Counted from the first letter of the stretch, positions 50,118 to 61,300 are shown. The stretch: DNA of 64,000 nt from Cyanobacteriota bacterium (GCA_033764955.1 JANRIL010000010.1:27754-91753), one strand, 5' to 3'. The notes: a model not told the origin generated them from the sequence alone. A program made the numbers and translations.

Positions 50118-50945
50118 CTAGGTGTTGCGATGGGTCACAAACGCTTGCAGTTGGGCGAGGGCATAGTCTAGGAGCAATCCGGTTAAGCCAATCACAAATA
50201 CCGCCAAAAAGACAGAACTGACATTCAAGCGATTCCACTCATCCCAGACGAAGAAGCCGATGCCAATACCTCCGGTCAGCATTTCCACCGCCACAATCAC
50301 CAGCCAGGCAATCCCCAGACTAATCCGCAACCCCGTAAAAATGTAGGGCAAACTGGCAGGTATAACCACCTTCAGCAGTTGCTTCCAGCGGGGCATCTCT
50401 AGCACCTGTGCTACCTCTAGATAGTCTTTCGGCACATTCCGCACTCCCTCGGCAGTATTGATAATCGTCGGCCAGAGGGAAGTAATAAAAATCACAAAGA
50501 TCGCCGAGGGTTCCGCCGCATTAAAAATTGCCAGGGCAATCGGCAACCAAACCAGAGGAGAAACGGGCTTAAACACCTGAATAATCGGATTGAAAGCTAG
50601 CCATGCCTTGCTGGATAGACCAATCCAAACCCCCACTGGAATTGCCACAACGGCTCCCACCAAAAAGCCAATACAAACACGGCGCAGGCTAGCCAATAAC
50701 AACCATCCCAACCCAATATCCCCAGGCCCCCGCCGATAAAACGGATGCAAAATAAAATCCAGATTTTTTAGCAAAGCCTCCGCTGGAGTGGGCATCATTT
50801 CTTGGCGAAACAGAGCAATCACCCACCACAGGACAATCACTCCCCCAAAACCTGCCAAAGGAAGCAGCCGATCAAGCTGAACCCACCGATGCAACGATCC
50901 AATCAGGGATCCCTTGGCATCTCTAGCCAAACTCAGCCAACTCAT
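50118..50945 (-). CDS. NrtB/CmpB-family ABC permease
   Basis: PVSPLVWLP, WPTIINTA.GV and TGLRISLGIAWLVIVAVEM. Confidence 0.92.
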   Translation of the reverse strand: MSWLSLARDAKGSLIGSLHRWVQLDRLLPLAGFGGVIVLWWVIALFRQEMMPTPAEALLKNLDFILHPFYRRGPGDIGLGWLLLASLRRVCIGFLVGAVVAIPVGVWIGLSSKAWLAFNPIIQVFKPVSPLVWLPIALAIFNAAEPSAIFVIFITSLWPTIINTAEGVRNVPKDYLEVAQVLEMPRWKQLLKVVIPASLPYIFTGLRISLGIAWLVIVAVEMLTGGIGIGFFVWDEWNRLNVSSVFLAVFVIGLTGLLLDYALAQLQAFVTHRNT

Positions 50946-51091
50946 AGTTTGTAGTGCCTTAACGATTAACAGCGAATCAATGGACAAGTATCCCTGAGAG
51001 TCCAAACAAGAATCCTGTTGAAATTGGCACTACAGAACAACAACGCTCAAAATAGTTGAAGCGGTTGAACAGTAAGCATTACCCTATCACA

Positions 51092-51265
51092 GTCTTCTCT
51101 CAATGCTGACGAGGTTAGCTGACGGGCTAGGGCTGAGAGATGCCCTTTTTCAGATGTTGAAACAGTGCTGAAAATACGCCCCTATACTCCAAAAGAAGCT
51201 GGTTCCCCCGTTTTTCACCTCAGCATTCTCACTGGCTTTAGACAGATAGCCAACACCGAACGACA
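51092..51265 (-). ncRNA. c-di-AMP (ydaO/yuaA) riboswitch
   Basis: Minus strand GAGGTGAAAAACGGGGGAACCAGC...TTTGGAG...TCTCTCAGCCCTAGCCCGTCAGCTAACCTCGTCAGCATTGAGAGAAGA; hallmark CCCGTCAGCTAAC; in the 5' UTR of the ABC operon. Confidence 0.85.
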
Positions 51266-51489
51266 AAGGGAAAACTAAGCTGACTTTACTCAGTGGTACG
51301 CCCTTCTTCTAGCATTCTGATTTGAAATCTGTCAATAGCCCATTACGGTTCGCTCAACCAAGACAACCCTGTTGAGAGAGCAAGTTAAGATAGGCAGAGG
51401 AGGGTTGGAGTCCCAGACAAATCTCGATAGACTAGGCGAACTGGGTTATTCTGAAGCCCATCTAGCCAATTTCTGTTTTTGTTGACACT

Positions 51490-52389
51490 ATGAATGCCAA
51501 AACAATTCGCTCCCAGGCTGTTTCCTCCTTCTCGATGGATGATTTTACCCAAGCCTTGGAGTCCCATGATTATCAGTTTCAATCGGGACAAGTGGTGCGG
51601 GGACGGGTGATTGAACTGGATAGCAACGGGGCTTTTATTGATATTGGCGGAAAATCCTTAGCCTTTTTGCCGCAACGGGAAGCCGCCCTCAAGCCCATCG
51701 CCGAACTGAGCGAACTGTTACCCCCCAAAAGTGAAGCTGAGTTTTTGATTATTAGCGAACAGAACAGCGACGGACAAGTCACCCTCTCGCGGCGGCGGCT
51801 GCAACTGAAACAGGTATGGCAAACGTTGGCGGAGCAACAAGCGGAAGGTAAGACCCTCTCAGTGCGGGTGATCGGCATCAATAAGGGGGGAGTGATTGTG
51901 GACGTGGAGGGATTGCGAGGATTTATTCCCCGTTCCCATCTGACGGAGCGGGAAAATTTGCAGGGGTTAGTCGGTCAAACCTTAACAGTGGGCTTCGTAG
52001 AAGTTAACCCCGAAACGAATAAGCTGGTACTCTCGCAAAAAATGGTGGCGCAGGTGGCTAGCATCAGTCACTTTGCCGTAGGGCAACTGGTGGAGGGAGA
52101 GATTACCGGCATCAAACCCTTTGGTTTGTTTATCAATCTGAACGGCTCTACGGGCTTGTTGCACATCAAGGAAATTAGCCAAAACTACATTGCCTCTCTG
52201 CCGGCGCTCTTCAAAATCGGGCAGCCCATCAAGGCGGTGGTGGCAAGTTTAGATGAGATGAAGGGGCGGATTGCGCTCTCCACCAAGGTTTTGGAAAAAT
52301 CTCCTGGAGAGATGATTGAGCAGATGGCAACGGTCATGGCGGAAGCAGAGGAGCGCCTACCCAAGATCAAGGGCAAGATCGAGGGATAG
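51490..52389 (+). CDS. Ribosomal protein S1 homolog (S1 RNA-binding domain protein, Rps1b-like)
   Basis: Three S1 domains: DIGGKSLAFLP, GLRGFIPRSH and GLLHIKEIS. Confidence 0.88.
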   Translation: MNAKTIRSQAVSSFSMDDFTQALESHDYQFQSGQVVRGRVIELDSNGAFIDIGGKSLAFLPQREAALKPIAELSELLPPKSEAEFLIISEQNSDGQVTLSRRRLQLKQVWQTLAEQQAEGKTLSVRVIGINKGGVIVDVEGLRGFIPRSHLTERENLQGLVGQTLTVGFVEVNPETNKLVLSQKMVAQVASISHFAVGQLVEGEITGIKPFGLFINLNGSTGLLHIKEISQNYIASLPALFKIGQPIKAVVASLDEMKGRIALSTKVLEKSPGEMIEQMATVMAEAEERLPKIKGKIEG

Positions 52390-52407
52390 GATTTCTGGTG
52401 ATAGAAA

Positions 52408-53124
52408 TTATCCCAAAGCCGTCAAGGAACTTGTCAGGGCGGGCAGAATTGGCTGAAAATAGCCTCGGATCCCGCCCAAAATTGTCTCTACGGCTAGAGC
52501 CGCGACCAACAATCCGATCACCCGAATGATGATATTCACACCTGTGGATCCCAAGCATTTTTGAATGGAGTCAGCCGCTAGCAAGCAGAGATAGGTGATC
52601 AGAAGAATGATCAGCATCGCCCCCGTTGTTTCCAGTTGATCCCACAGACCAAATTGGGCATTGTCGGTTAGCAAAACCACCGTCATCATTGATCCTGGCC
52701 CAGCAATAAAGGGGATCGCCAAGGGGAAAACAGCCACCTCTGCCCATGTTGTGGATGCTTCAGCCATCGCTTGCTCGCCAGGGGATCCCGGATCGGTGGG
52801 GGAGGCTACCGCCGAGGTAGTGGTTTTGCCCAGCACCATCTGGATTCCTAACAGAAACAGAACGATACCGCCGGCAATCCGAAAGGCAGGGAGGCTAATC
52901 CCTAGCACCTCCAACAGATATTGCCCCCCTGTGATAAACAGCAGAAGAATTAGGGCTGAGATCAAAACTCCCAGCAGAGCGGTTTTCTGGCGATCTGGAG
53001 AGGTTTGTTGATAGGTGACGGCGATAAAAATTGGGATGACCCCCACTGGGTCAATCACCACAAATAGGGTGATGGCATCCTGCAAGACATGGTGGAGGCT
53101 CTGGTTGAGCATAGGATGAAGCAT
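52408..53124 (-). CDS. marC: MarC family membrane protein
   Basis: LFVVIDPVG, FRIAGGIVLF and FPLAIPFIAGPG. Confidence 0.9.
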   Translation of the reverse strand: MLHPMLNQSLHHVLQDAITLFVVIDPVGVIPIFIAVTYQQTSPDRQKTALLGVLISALILLLFITGGQYLLEVLGISLPAFRIAGGIVLFLLGIQMVLGKTTTSAVASPTDPGSPGEQAMAEASTTWAEVAVFPLAIPFIAGPGSMMTVVLLTDNAQFGLWDQLETTGAMLIILLITYLCLLAADSIQKCLGSTGVNIIIRVIGLLVAALAVETILGGIRGYFQPILPALTSSLTALG

Positions 53125-53139
53125 GAAGGGGGGATCCCG

Positions 53140-54498
53140 CTAACGATCAGCCATCGGATCCGTTACGACTTCTCCAAAGAGATCATAAGGTTCGGCACGG
53201 GTAATGCGAACGGGTACAAAGGATCCCAGGGATCCCTGCCCACGCACATGCACCCAGCCATCCACATCGGGAGCAAAACGGGCGGAACGTCCCAACCATT
53301 CTCCCTTGCCGGGGTGATGTTGCTCTAACAAGACCGGAACAATCTGCCCGACTTCCTGACGATGGCGGCGAAAGGAGATACCCTGCTGCCGTTGCATCAA
53401 CCGTTGGCGGCGGGATTGCATCACCTCACCGGAAACCGGATTGGGTAAATCATAGGCGGCTGTGCCTGCTTCAGCGGAAAAGGTAAAAACCCCTACATGG
53501 TCAAATTGATGACGCTCGACAAAATCAAGTAAGTGTTGAAAATGCTCCTCGCTTTCCCCCGGAAAACCCACAATCAAGGTTGTCCGCAACACCGCGTTGG
53601 GCAAACTAGCCCGTAAGCGCTCGATCACCCGATCATTGACGGCAGCCTGCCAGGGACGATTCATCGCCTTCAAGATCTCAGGATGGCTGTGTTGCAGGGG
53701 CAAGTCGAGATAGGGCAAGACATTGGGGGTTTCGGCGATGGCAGCCAAAACTTGCGGCGTCAATCCGGTGGGGTAGGCATAGAGCATCCGAATCCAGGGG
53801 ATCCCAACTCGCCCAAGGGCGCGGATCAACTCGGCTAAACGGGGTTCCCCATAGCGATCACTGCCATAGTTGGTGGTGATCTGAGAAATCAGGATTAACT
53901 CCTGCACACCCTCTTCCGCCAGTTGCTCGGCTTCTGCCACAATCGACTCAATGGAGCGGGAGCGTTGGTTGCCCCGCAGATGAGGAATAATGCAAAAGGC
54001 ACAGCGATAGTCACAACCCTCCGCCACCCGCAGATAGGCCACGGGAGCATGGGTGGTACGGTAGCGGGGCACGGTTTCATCGGCAATGTAGGTGAGATCA
54101 GAGGTAACGGCATTGACGCGATCCCCTCCCTCCACACGGCGGATTACCTCGACAATTTGGTGATAGTCCCCTGTGCCCACCAAGGCCACCGCTTCCGGGA
54201 TTTCGTCTAGTAACTCCTGCTGAAAATGTTGAGCCATGCAACCGGAAATTACCAGTTTTTTTCCCTGCACCGCCAACTCCATCAGGGTACGCACCGACTC
54301 GCGGCGAGCGGACTCGATAAAGCTACAGGTGTTGACGATCACATAATCAGCCAATTCTTCATCCCCATCCACCGAATAGCCCGCTGTTGCCAACAGACCC
54401 AGCATATGCTCGGTATCCACCCGATTTTTTTCACAACCGAGATGATAGACCGCAATTTTAGGCCGCGTCTGGGGAACCGGAGAGGGAGCAAGTGTCAT
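53140..54498 (-). CDS. rimO: Ribosomal protein S12 methylthiotransferase
   Basis: [31 protein letters not shown] and TRAM domain APDVDG. Confidence 0.96.
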   Translation of the reverse strand: MTLAPSPVPQTRPKIAVYHLGCEKNRVDTEHMLGLLATAGYSVDGDEELADYVIVNTCSFIESARRESVRTLMELAVQGKKLVISGCMAQHFQQELLDEIPEAVALVGTGDYHQIVEVIRRVEGGDRVNAVTSDLTYIADETVPRYRTTHAPVAYLRVAEGCDYRCAFCIIPHLRGNQRSRSIESIVAEAEQLAEEGVQELILISQITTNYGSDRYGEPRLAELIRALGRVGIPWIRMLYAYPTGLTPQVLAAIAETPNVLPYLDLPLQHSHPEILKAMNRPWQAAVNDRVIERLRASLPNAVLRTTLIVGFPGESEEHFQHLLDFVERHQFDHVGVFTFSAEAGTAAYDLPNPVSGEVMQSRRQRLMQRQQGISFRRHRQEVGQIVPVLLEQHHPGKGEWLGRSARFAPDVDGWVHVRGQGSLGSFVPVRITRAEPYDLFGEVVTDPMADR

Positions 54499-54707
54499 GA
54501 AACAACCAGTTCAGAATATGGCTTTACGATTCTAATGCAAATTGTTGATGGGGTTATGGGTTGGCAGCTTGTGGCGGAGCAGACAAGTATGATGGGGAAA
54601 TGCAGGGGATCCCAAGCGATGCTTGCTGGCGGATGGAGGGATGAGTCAGTGGACTGAATGGCAGACCGCCACCAAGAAAGGTTTCCTTAATATTGAAGGA
54701 CAGGGCA

Positions 54708-55547
54708 ATGGAGCATCGGCAACAGGAGCCTGCTGGGGGTGAACCCATCGGGGGAAAAATTGAGAAAACCGAAAAAACCGTTTTCCTAGAGATCGATACC
54801 AGTCTCAAGCGTCTCCATCGCCACTGGCAAGAACTCAAAAAATCTCGCCAAACCTGGGACTTCAAGCTGACCGCGCAAGCCCACCAAGCCTACCAAGCCG
54901 AATGGCAAACCCTGTCTGAGCAATGGCCGCACCAGCAAGCCCTTCTGCAAGCGGCGGCTGTTCAGGATCAAGCTTTTGTCCAATCCCCCGATTATCCTGT
55001 GGCGGTGGAAGCTGCTCTCCGCCAGATGGGCATCCCGTTGCGGGGGGAGTTTCCCCACTACGAATTTCCCCCCTTCAAGCTGACATTTTCTCTAGAGCAG
55101 CAGACGATTCGCCTTAGCTTGGGACGTAAGTCTGAGCAAACTCGTATATTTGCCCATGCCCACTTAGCGACTTGGGTTAGCCGACACTATAAGCGGGTGC
55201 TGGAGGGCCGCTTTGATGCCAACCGCTTTTGCCAAGAATTGTTGGCCGCTTACCAAATTCTTAATCCACTGCTCATGCACGCCCCCAGTGTTACCTGGGG
55301 TCATCCCGTTCCCCTCAAAGAGATCTACCGCCTCCTCACCTTGCGGCAGGTTGCCCGCCAGGACTATCCCGAAGCTCTTTTTGCCTTTGATCTGGCTCGC
55401 CTCCAAGAACAAGCGGATATACACGATGACAGCTATCGCTTGGAGTTAATTCCCTCTCGCCAGTCTGCCACGGGTCTGCTGCTCGTCAATAGCCGTGGGC
55501 AGGAAAGTCGTGTGAGCAGTCTGGCTATTTACCGCTTGCAAGCCTAG
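54708..55547 (+). CDS. Hypothetical protein
   Basis: About 280-aa ORF with host-like codon usage; no recognised motif. Confidence 0.7.
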   Translation: MEHRQQEPAGGEPIGGKIEKTEKTVFLEIDTSLKRLHRHWQELKKSRQTWDFKLTAQAHQAYQAEWQTLSEQWPHQQALLQAAAVQDQAFVQSPDYPVAVEAALRQMGIPLRGEFPHYEFPPFKLTFSLEQQTIRLSLGRKSEQTRIFAHAHLATWVSRHYKRVLEGRFDANRFCQELLAAYQILNPLLMHAPSVTWGHPVPLKEIYRLLTLRQVARQDYPEALFAFDLARLQEQADIHDDSYRLELIPSRQSATGLLLVNSRGQESRVSSLAIYRLQA

Positions 55548-55642
55548 AAAGAGAAAAGGGATCCCCACCTAAATAGACTGTGGATCCCTTGCGGACTCTC
55601 AGGTTGTTCTAAGTCAAGGAATGCAAGATAGGGGGATGGAGG

Positions 55643-56116
55643 TTAGTGATGGGTACTGTCAGGGTGGGAATCACGGCTTTTCTTTCCCTCTTCCAGGGTT
55701 GTCTCTAGCCGCAAGACTGGCTCATTAGCCGCTTCCAATTCTCCAGCAGGTCCACCATGATCATCGCTGGAGCGCTCATTGAGGAGAATCTCTAGATCCT
55801 CTCGCACAGATTCATCCACTTGATCCAACAACATCTCATCTTCAGGACATTCATCGGCGATCAGCAGATCGGTAGGAGAGGCTAATCCCTTGGGAATCGT
55901 GGAAAGTTTTTGCGCCACCGCCCCGATACTATCCAGGCGCACCATCTCCTCCCAAGAACAAATCTCATCTTCATCTTCCGTCTCATAGCGCACCTGCACC
56001 GTGTCTCCCTCGATGTCGAGGATGCGGGCACGCTCTAGCCAACGCCCTTGGTCTCGCAGGTAAATCCAAACGTCTTTTCCCTCACGGGAGAGTTGATAAA
56101 CCTTACGATGAAGCAT
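55643..56116 (-). CDS. Conserved cyanobacterial protein (DUF6679-like) with acidic tail
   Basis: MLHRKVYQL...RDQGRWLE.ARI...RYET...SWEEMVRLDSIGAV. Confidence 0.75.
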   Translation of the reverse strand: MLHRKVYQLSREGKDVWIYLRDQGRWLERARILDIEGDTVQVRYETEDEDEICSWEEMVRLDSIGAVAQKLSTIPKGLASPTDLLIADECPEDEMLLDQVDESVREDLEILLNERSSDDHGGPAGELEAANEPVLRLETTLEEGKKSRDSHPDSTHH

Positions 56117-56311
56117 AATCTCCTCCTCCTCAGGCAACTGCCAACGTTGGACTGTGATGTGGGTTACTCTCCCATCCCTCTATCTTAGCGGTTGTATTCA
56201 CGACTGCACGGTGAGTGCTTAAGAGTGATCACAGGATTGATTGCCAGTGAAAAGCGTTGGCATCCCTCATTTCATCAGGACACAGGGTCATCTAGTCGCG
56301 CCAGCCCCCCT

Positions 56312-59300
56312 CTAAAAACGGGTTTCCCATTCAATCGAGGCACTGCTGTTGCCCTCAAAGTCAGTGCTGAGGCGAGTGAGGATATTGGGATGAAGGCGGT
56401 AACGGGCGTTGTAGCGGGTGGGTTGAAAGGCATCGGTTAAGTTGCGCTGGGCGGATACGGAAATTTGGGATCCCAAATCCTTGGCGACTTCCAGCCCCAG
56501 GCCCACCGAAAAACGGTTGGGAGCTGCGGTAGAAATCTGAGGAATCGGGCGCAGACTGATATCCAGCCCCAGACTTTGTCCCAGTTCATCCTGGATGTTG
56601 TTAAGGAGGGTGGATCCCGCCAATCCGACCGCCGATCCACTGCTAAGCAGGGCGACGGCATCACTACCCAGCAGGGCAATAATTTCTGACTCGGATCGGG
56701 GGGGGCTACTGGTCAACTCCAGGATGCTGTCTTGCGGATCGGTGCCCCCCAGGGCGCTGGCTCGCCCCTGCACACTGGCAAAGATATCAATATTTTCCGT
56801 GGAGCCAAGGGTGTTGCTGCTGTTGTTAAAAAGGGCAATGTCTTGGGGGTTTTGATAGACTTCGGTGGCCTGCGTGACCAGCCGCAGATCCAAAAAAGGA
56901 TCCAAGCCGTTATCCAGGTCAAAAACGGCAGTGTTGCGGCGGGAGCGATCCAGACGAAAGCTGGCAATCGCCAGATCGATCAATCCCCGCTCCAGATTGA
57001 TCGTGCCCGCAGGCTGGGGATCCTGCAGCGTCCCAAAGATTTTCAGATCGCCACTGGCTCTAAAGTTGAAGAGGCGTCCCCGTGTAATTTCGGTGTTGGA
57101 TCCTAGCGTTACCAGCAAGCCATTCAGTTGTGGTTGCCAAGCGGGATCCCCATCATCTCCCTCTGGGGTAACGACCTCAGTTGCCGAGGGATCCGTGTTG
57201 GGGCTGACATCCAGCTTACCGTCTGAAACCACCAGTTGTCCCTCCAGCAGAGGTTGCTGCAATAACCCGCCCACCTTGACGGATCCAGCCAGCTTACCTT
57301 GATAGAACTTGGGCAGATCCAGATACAGTTGGTTGAGTTGCACCGTCAGAGGGACAAAGGCATCCCCTTGACTCAAGGCTCCCTGGGTGTTGATGGGCAG
57401 ACTACCGGAGGCGGTCAGGGATCCCTGGCTAAAGGATCCTGTCAAGTTTTTCACCTCGAGTTGGTCGGTGTTAAAGGCGATCTCCCCCTGGATATCGGTG
57501 ATCGGTTGGGGAAAGGCGGAGAGCTGCATCGTACCGGAGTTAACCGTCAGGGATCCCTGGATCACGGGTTCCTGGAGGGTTCCCTGCACCAAGAGAGAGA
57601 TTTGGCTATCGCCCCCCTGCCAGCGCACCTGATCCGTCAGCAGATTGATCAACTTCAATCCTTCGTCTTGCGCCAAGAGTTGTACATCGATCTCCTGGCG
57701 GGGGGATTCCACCTCCGCAAAGGGTAGGCGGTAGGGTACTAAGCCGGCAATCGTGATGGGGTTTTCGCCGCCCGTGGCGATGGTACTATCTAAGCGCAGT
57801 TGGCCTTCGTCATAGTCAAAGCTGGCATTGACCGCTTGTAGGGGCACTTGATTGATCCGCGTCTCTGCCAGAGTGATCTGACCCTGCGCCGAGGGATCCC
57901 GCAGATTACCCATCAGGGTCATGCTGCCGTTCAGATCCCCCTGCAAGTTGAGGTGATCCGGCACAAACCGATTCAACAAATCTAAAGGAAACGCAGTGAT
58001 TTGCAGGGATCCCGATTGTTCCTCTAGACCTAGATTGCCTTGAAAGGAGGTGACTCGTTCGCCGGAGCGCAGACTGAGGGCGGTCAAATTGACGGAGCCT
58101 TCTGCCAGGGATCCAGCGGCGGTCAAGGATTCCACCCGAAATTCGGCGGCTGACCAGTTTTGTCCTGCCAGATCAAAGCCCACCTTCAGATCCGTCAGGG
58201 ATCCCGCTAGGGTAACGGCGGCTTGAAAATCCCCTTGCAGGGCGGTAGGAGGTGGGATCAACGGCTCCATCTGGGCGGCAGCCAAAGCCAGTTGCGTCCT
58301 TACCTGCTCAGCATGGAGAGCCAGTTGGTCCCAGAGGGGCAAGGATGAGGTCTCAATCGGTTGAGCCGCCACCGCCGCCGCCGGCTTGAGGGGGGGCAAC
58401 CGCCAGCCCCGTTCCGCTAGATCCTGCCATTCCTGCCACTTAAACGTAGAGACAATATCCTGGAGCTTGCCGGTGCTAGTGGCCAACTGTAACTCCAGGT
58501 GGGGAGTGGGGGAAGCCGGAGTGGGTAAGCGCAGATGACCTTTGGCTTGGTAGAGACTGTCAAACAATTGCAAACTGGCCTGAGCTAGACGAAATTGCCC
58601 ATCCCCATAGGCAAAATCCGCCGAAAGCTGTTGGGCGGTCAACCCAGCCATTTGCAGTTGAGCCACCGTGGCCTTGCCTTGGGTGCTCCAGTCTTTCAGG
58701 TTAACGGTCAGGTTAGCTTCTAGGTTGCCGGCTATCCCCACCTGACCGGCTAATCCTGCCAACAGTTGCAGAGGCAATTGGCTCAGGCTGATGGCAAACT
58801 GCTGGGGCTGATCGGGAACGGGGGATCCCTTGGCCTCGATTTCCCCCTGTTTGAGGTGAAATGCTAGGGGCTGCCATCGGGAATCGAGCCGAACCGCCAA
58901 GCGATCCCCATTGCCCTGTAAATCTAGGTGGCTCTCCTGGGGATCCCAGCGAATCGGGCCCGCCAATTCACTAAATTGCAGCCCCCCTGCCTTCGCCCCT
59001 CGCAGACGCAGATCGCCGATTAGTTGGAGGGCATCCCGTTCTCCCGTCAGGCGTGCTTGCCCCTCCACTTGTCCACTCACATCCAAGAGAGCCGGAATCT
59101 GGGGCAGGGTGGCCAGGGAGAGGGGTTGAGCCGTGACCGTCAAATCTAGGGATCCCACCGCTAGGGTTTGGGGATTGACCGGGATCCGCCCCGTCACCGC
59201 CACCTGCGGCAACAGATTAGCCTGTTCAACTGTCAAGCCCTGGCCATCCCAACTGACCAGACCCGTGATGGAGCCAGGCAGTCCGGCTAGCCCCTCGGTC

Positions 59301-61027
59301 AGCTCCACCCTGCCACTGGCGCGCAACCCCGCCAAGCTCAAATCCCGCCGACTGGCGCGCAGGCGAAAATCTCCCGATAATGCTCCCGTCTGACCGGGGC
59401 TAAAAAAGGCTAAAGCCACCTGATCGGGACTCACTTCGGCTTCTAGCCAATCCGCTTGCAGGCGCGCCGTCACCGCCGCCTTCCCTTGGCCTAGCAACAG
59501 TTGCGACTGCGGAATCGTCAGCATGCCCGCTTGCCAATCCAGTTGTCCCTTGCCCTGAATCTCGCCGCCGATCACCCGCCAGTCCGCTTGCAGGCTGGGA
59601 ATGGATCCCGTGATTTGCAACTGCCCCTGTCCATCTAACTGACCGAGGGAGCGGGGTAGGGTGGCTCCATAAAAACGGGCGAGGGCGGAGGTATCCACCC
59701 CCCTGACCTGCCAGTCAAACTGGGCAGTGGGCATAGCGGTCAAGCGCACTTCTCCGGATCCCTCGGCGGATCCCCCGGCAGACTGGGTGCGGATGTTGGC
59801 AAAGCGCAGCACTTGATTTTCTAGAGCAAAGTCAGTGGCATAGGCAGTCAATGGGATCCGATCCACCTGCCCTGTTCCCAATGACTGCACTTTGCCCGAC
59901 AGCAACGGATCATCAAGGGATCCCGTCAGTTGTACGAGGGCTTTGACATGGCCGCGACTATCGAGCGGATCGCTTAACTGAAAGGTTTGCAGGATATCCG
60001 GCAGGGCAACCTTCGCCACCGTTGCCTCCAGTTGGTAGCCTGGTTCTTCTCCTGCCCAACGAATCGGGCCGTTGGCTTGAAAGGGGATCCCTCCATAGCG
60101 AGCTTGCAGATTGGTGAGGGTAATCCGGTCACTAGCAATCTCTAGAGATCCCTGAATTTGCGTGAAGGGTTTGGGAATGGGAGTGATCCCTAAAGAAGCC
60201 CGTTTGACCTGGGCGGATCCCGCTAGGAAGAGCGGTTGATTGGGCTGCCAACCCAGGGTCAGATCCAGGCTGCTGTCTCCGGTGATGCTGGGGATCGGTA
60301 AATTGGGCAGAATGCTGGGCAACAGATCGAGGGGGAGCTGCGGACTGGTCAGGGTGATCGATCCCCGGCTGCCCCCAAAATCCGCCCAGCCCTGCAAATC
60401 TAGAGGCTGATCCGCCAGACGGCTCTTCACCCGAAACTGGGCGGGGGATCCCTCGCCCAGTTTCCAGTTTCCGTCAGCGGTCAGTTGCTTGAGGGTGCGC
60501 CGTTCCCCTCGGATCGGGATCGCGGTCAGTTCCCCCTCCTGCACCGAGAGGGTGAGTTCCGTCAGGGGTAGGGCGGGAGCACCGGATCCGGCAGGCAAAC
60601 GCAGATCCAAATCCGCCCAGCCTCGATCTAGGGTTTCCATCCATAACAGTTGCGGTTTAACCAGATGCACATGCAGGGCGAGTTGTTGCTGGCTGAGCAG
60701 CCGCCACAGATCGGGTCGAATCTGAATCGCCGAGACAGTGGCTAAATTTTCAATGGTGCTGGAGCCAATGGCTATTTGCCACGGCCAAAGATAGGTGGGA
60801 TCCCCCAAATCCACCTGCCGCCCTAGGGTATCGGCTAGGGTGGTCTCTAGCTGGGGGAGGAGGTGCTGAGCCACGTAGGTATGGGATCCCCAGGCAATAC
60901 CCAGGGAGGCGGCGGTCAATCCCAGGCTAGTCACCGCCAGACCACGCAAAATTTTGCCCGTACCACCACGAGCCAGTGCCCAGAACTGCTCCTGGAAGTC
61001 TTTCTTGTACCAGAACGGTTCAGGCAT
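56312..61027 (-). CDS. tamB: Translocation/assembly module TamB-like protein (DUF490)
   Basis: About 1570 aa, N-terminal TM anchor, repetitive beta-taco segments, C-terminal DPFLDL...LTSSPPRSESEIIALLG...ETRF. Confidence 0.85.
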   Translation of the reverse strand: MPEPFWYKKDFQEQFWALARGGTGKILRGLAVTSLGLTAASLGIAWGSHTYVAQHLLPQLETTLADTLGRQVDLGDPTYLWPWQIAIGSSTIENLATVSAIQIRPDLWRLLSQQQLALHVHLVKPQLLWMETLDRGWADLDLRLPAGSGAPALPLTELTLSVQEGELTAIPIRGERRTLKQLTADGNWKLGEGSPAQFRVKSRLADQPLDLQGWADFGGSRGSITLTSPQLPLDLLPSILPNLPIPSITGDSSLDLTLGWQPNQPLFLAGSAQVKRASLGITPIPKPFTQIQGSLEIASDRITLTNLQARYGGIPFQANGPIRWAGEEPGYQLEATVAKVALPDILQTFQLSDPLDSRGHVKALVQLTGSLDDPLLSGKVQSLGTGQVDRIPLTAYATDFALENQVLRFANIRTQSAGGSAEGSGEVRLTAMPTAQFDWQVRGVDTSALARFYGATLPRSLGQLDGQGQLQITGSIPSLQADWRVIGGEIQGKGQLDWQAGMLTIPQSQLLLGQGKAAVTARLQADWLEAEVSPDQVALAFFSPGQTGALSGDFRLRASRRDLSLAGLRASGRVELTEGLAGLPGSITGLVSWDGQGLTVEQANLLPQVAVTGRIPVNPQTLAVGSLDLTVTAQPLSLATLPQIPALLDVSGQVEGQARLTGERDALQLIGDLRLRGAKAGGLQFSELAGPIRWDPQESHLDLQGNGDRLAVRLDSRWQPLAFHLKQGEIEAKGSPVPDQPQQFAISLSQLPLQLLAGLAGQVGIAGNLEANLTVNLKDWSTQGKATVAQLQMAGLTAQQLSADFAYGDGQFRLAQASLQLFDSLYQAKGHLRLPTPASPTPHLELQLATSTGKLQDIVSTFKWQEWQDLAERGWRLPPLKPAAAVAAQPIETSSLPLWDQLALHAEQVRTQLALAAAQMEPLIPPPTALQGDFQAAVTLAGSLTDLKVGFDLAGQNWSAAEFRVESLTAAGSLAEGSVNLTALSLRSGERVTSFQGNLGLEEQSGSLQITAFPLDLLNRFVPDHLNLQGDLNGSMTLMGNLRDPSAQGQITLAETRINQVPLQAVNASFDYDEGQLRLDSTIATGGENPITIAGLVPYRLPFAEVESPRQEIDVQLLAQDEGLKLINLLTDQVRWQGGDSQISLLVQGTLQEPVIQGSLTVNSGTMQLSAFPQPITDIQGEIAFNTDQLEVKNLTGSFSQGSLTASGSLPINTQGALSQGDAFVPLTVQLNQLYLDLPKFYQGKLAGSVKVGGLLQQPLLEGQLVVSDGKLDVSPNTDPSATEVVTPEGDDGDPAWQPQLNGLLVTLGSNTEITRGRLFNFRASGDLKIFGTLQDPQPAGTINLERGLIDLAIASFRLDRSRRNTAVFDLDNGLDPFLDLRLVTQATEVYQNPQDIALFNNSSNTLGSTENIDIFASVQGRASALGGTDPQDSILELTSSPPRSESEIIALLGSDAVALLSSGSAVGLAGSTLLNNIQDELGQSLGLDISLRPIPQISTAAPNRFSVGLGLEVAKDLGSQISVSAQRNLTDAFQPTRYNARYRLHPNILTRLSTDFEGNSSASIEWETRF

Positions 61028-61225
61028 TGGATTGCCGATCCAGATGGTATTTCTGACCACTACCCACACCACTCACTGCCTATCATGTTACTCAACATGC
61101 CCTAGGCTGCCACATTCGCAGAGCCGCAACCCACAGCCAAAAGTCCCAGATTTTTGGGTGGTATCGATCTTTACAGCCTATCCCTTGATCGTTAACTACA
61201 ACGCAGCGTCTCGTTTGGAGGTGAG

Positions 61226-61300
61226 GGATCCGCCTAAATCCCCCTTAATAAGGGGGACTTTGCATCTGGTTCCCCTTTCAAGGGGGGCTGGGGGGGATCT
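61226..61300. repeat. Cyanobacterial dispersed palindromic repeat (double hairpin)
   Basis: GGATCCGCCTAAATCCCCCTTAATAAGGGGGACTT...CCCCTTTCAAGGGGGGCTGGGGGGGATC. Confidence 0.7.

Noticed and set aside
47790..50945. Calling the ABC operon nrtABD, cmpABD or cynABD
   Set aside because: Gene order, context and the riboswitch do not support a specific substrate.
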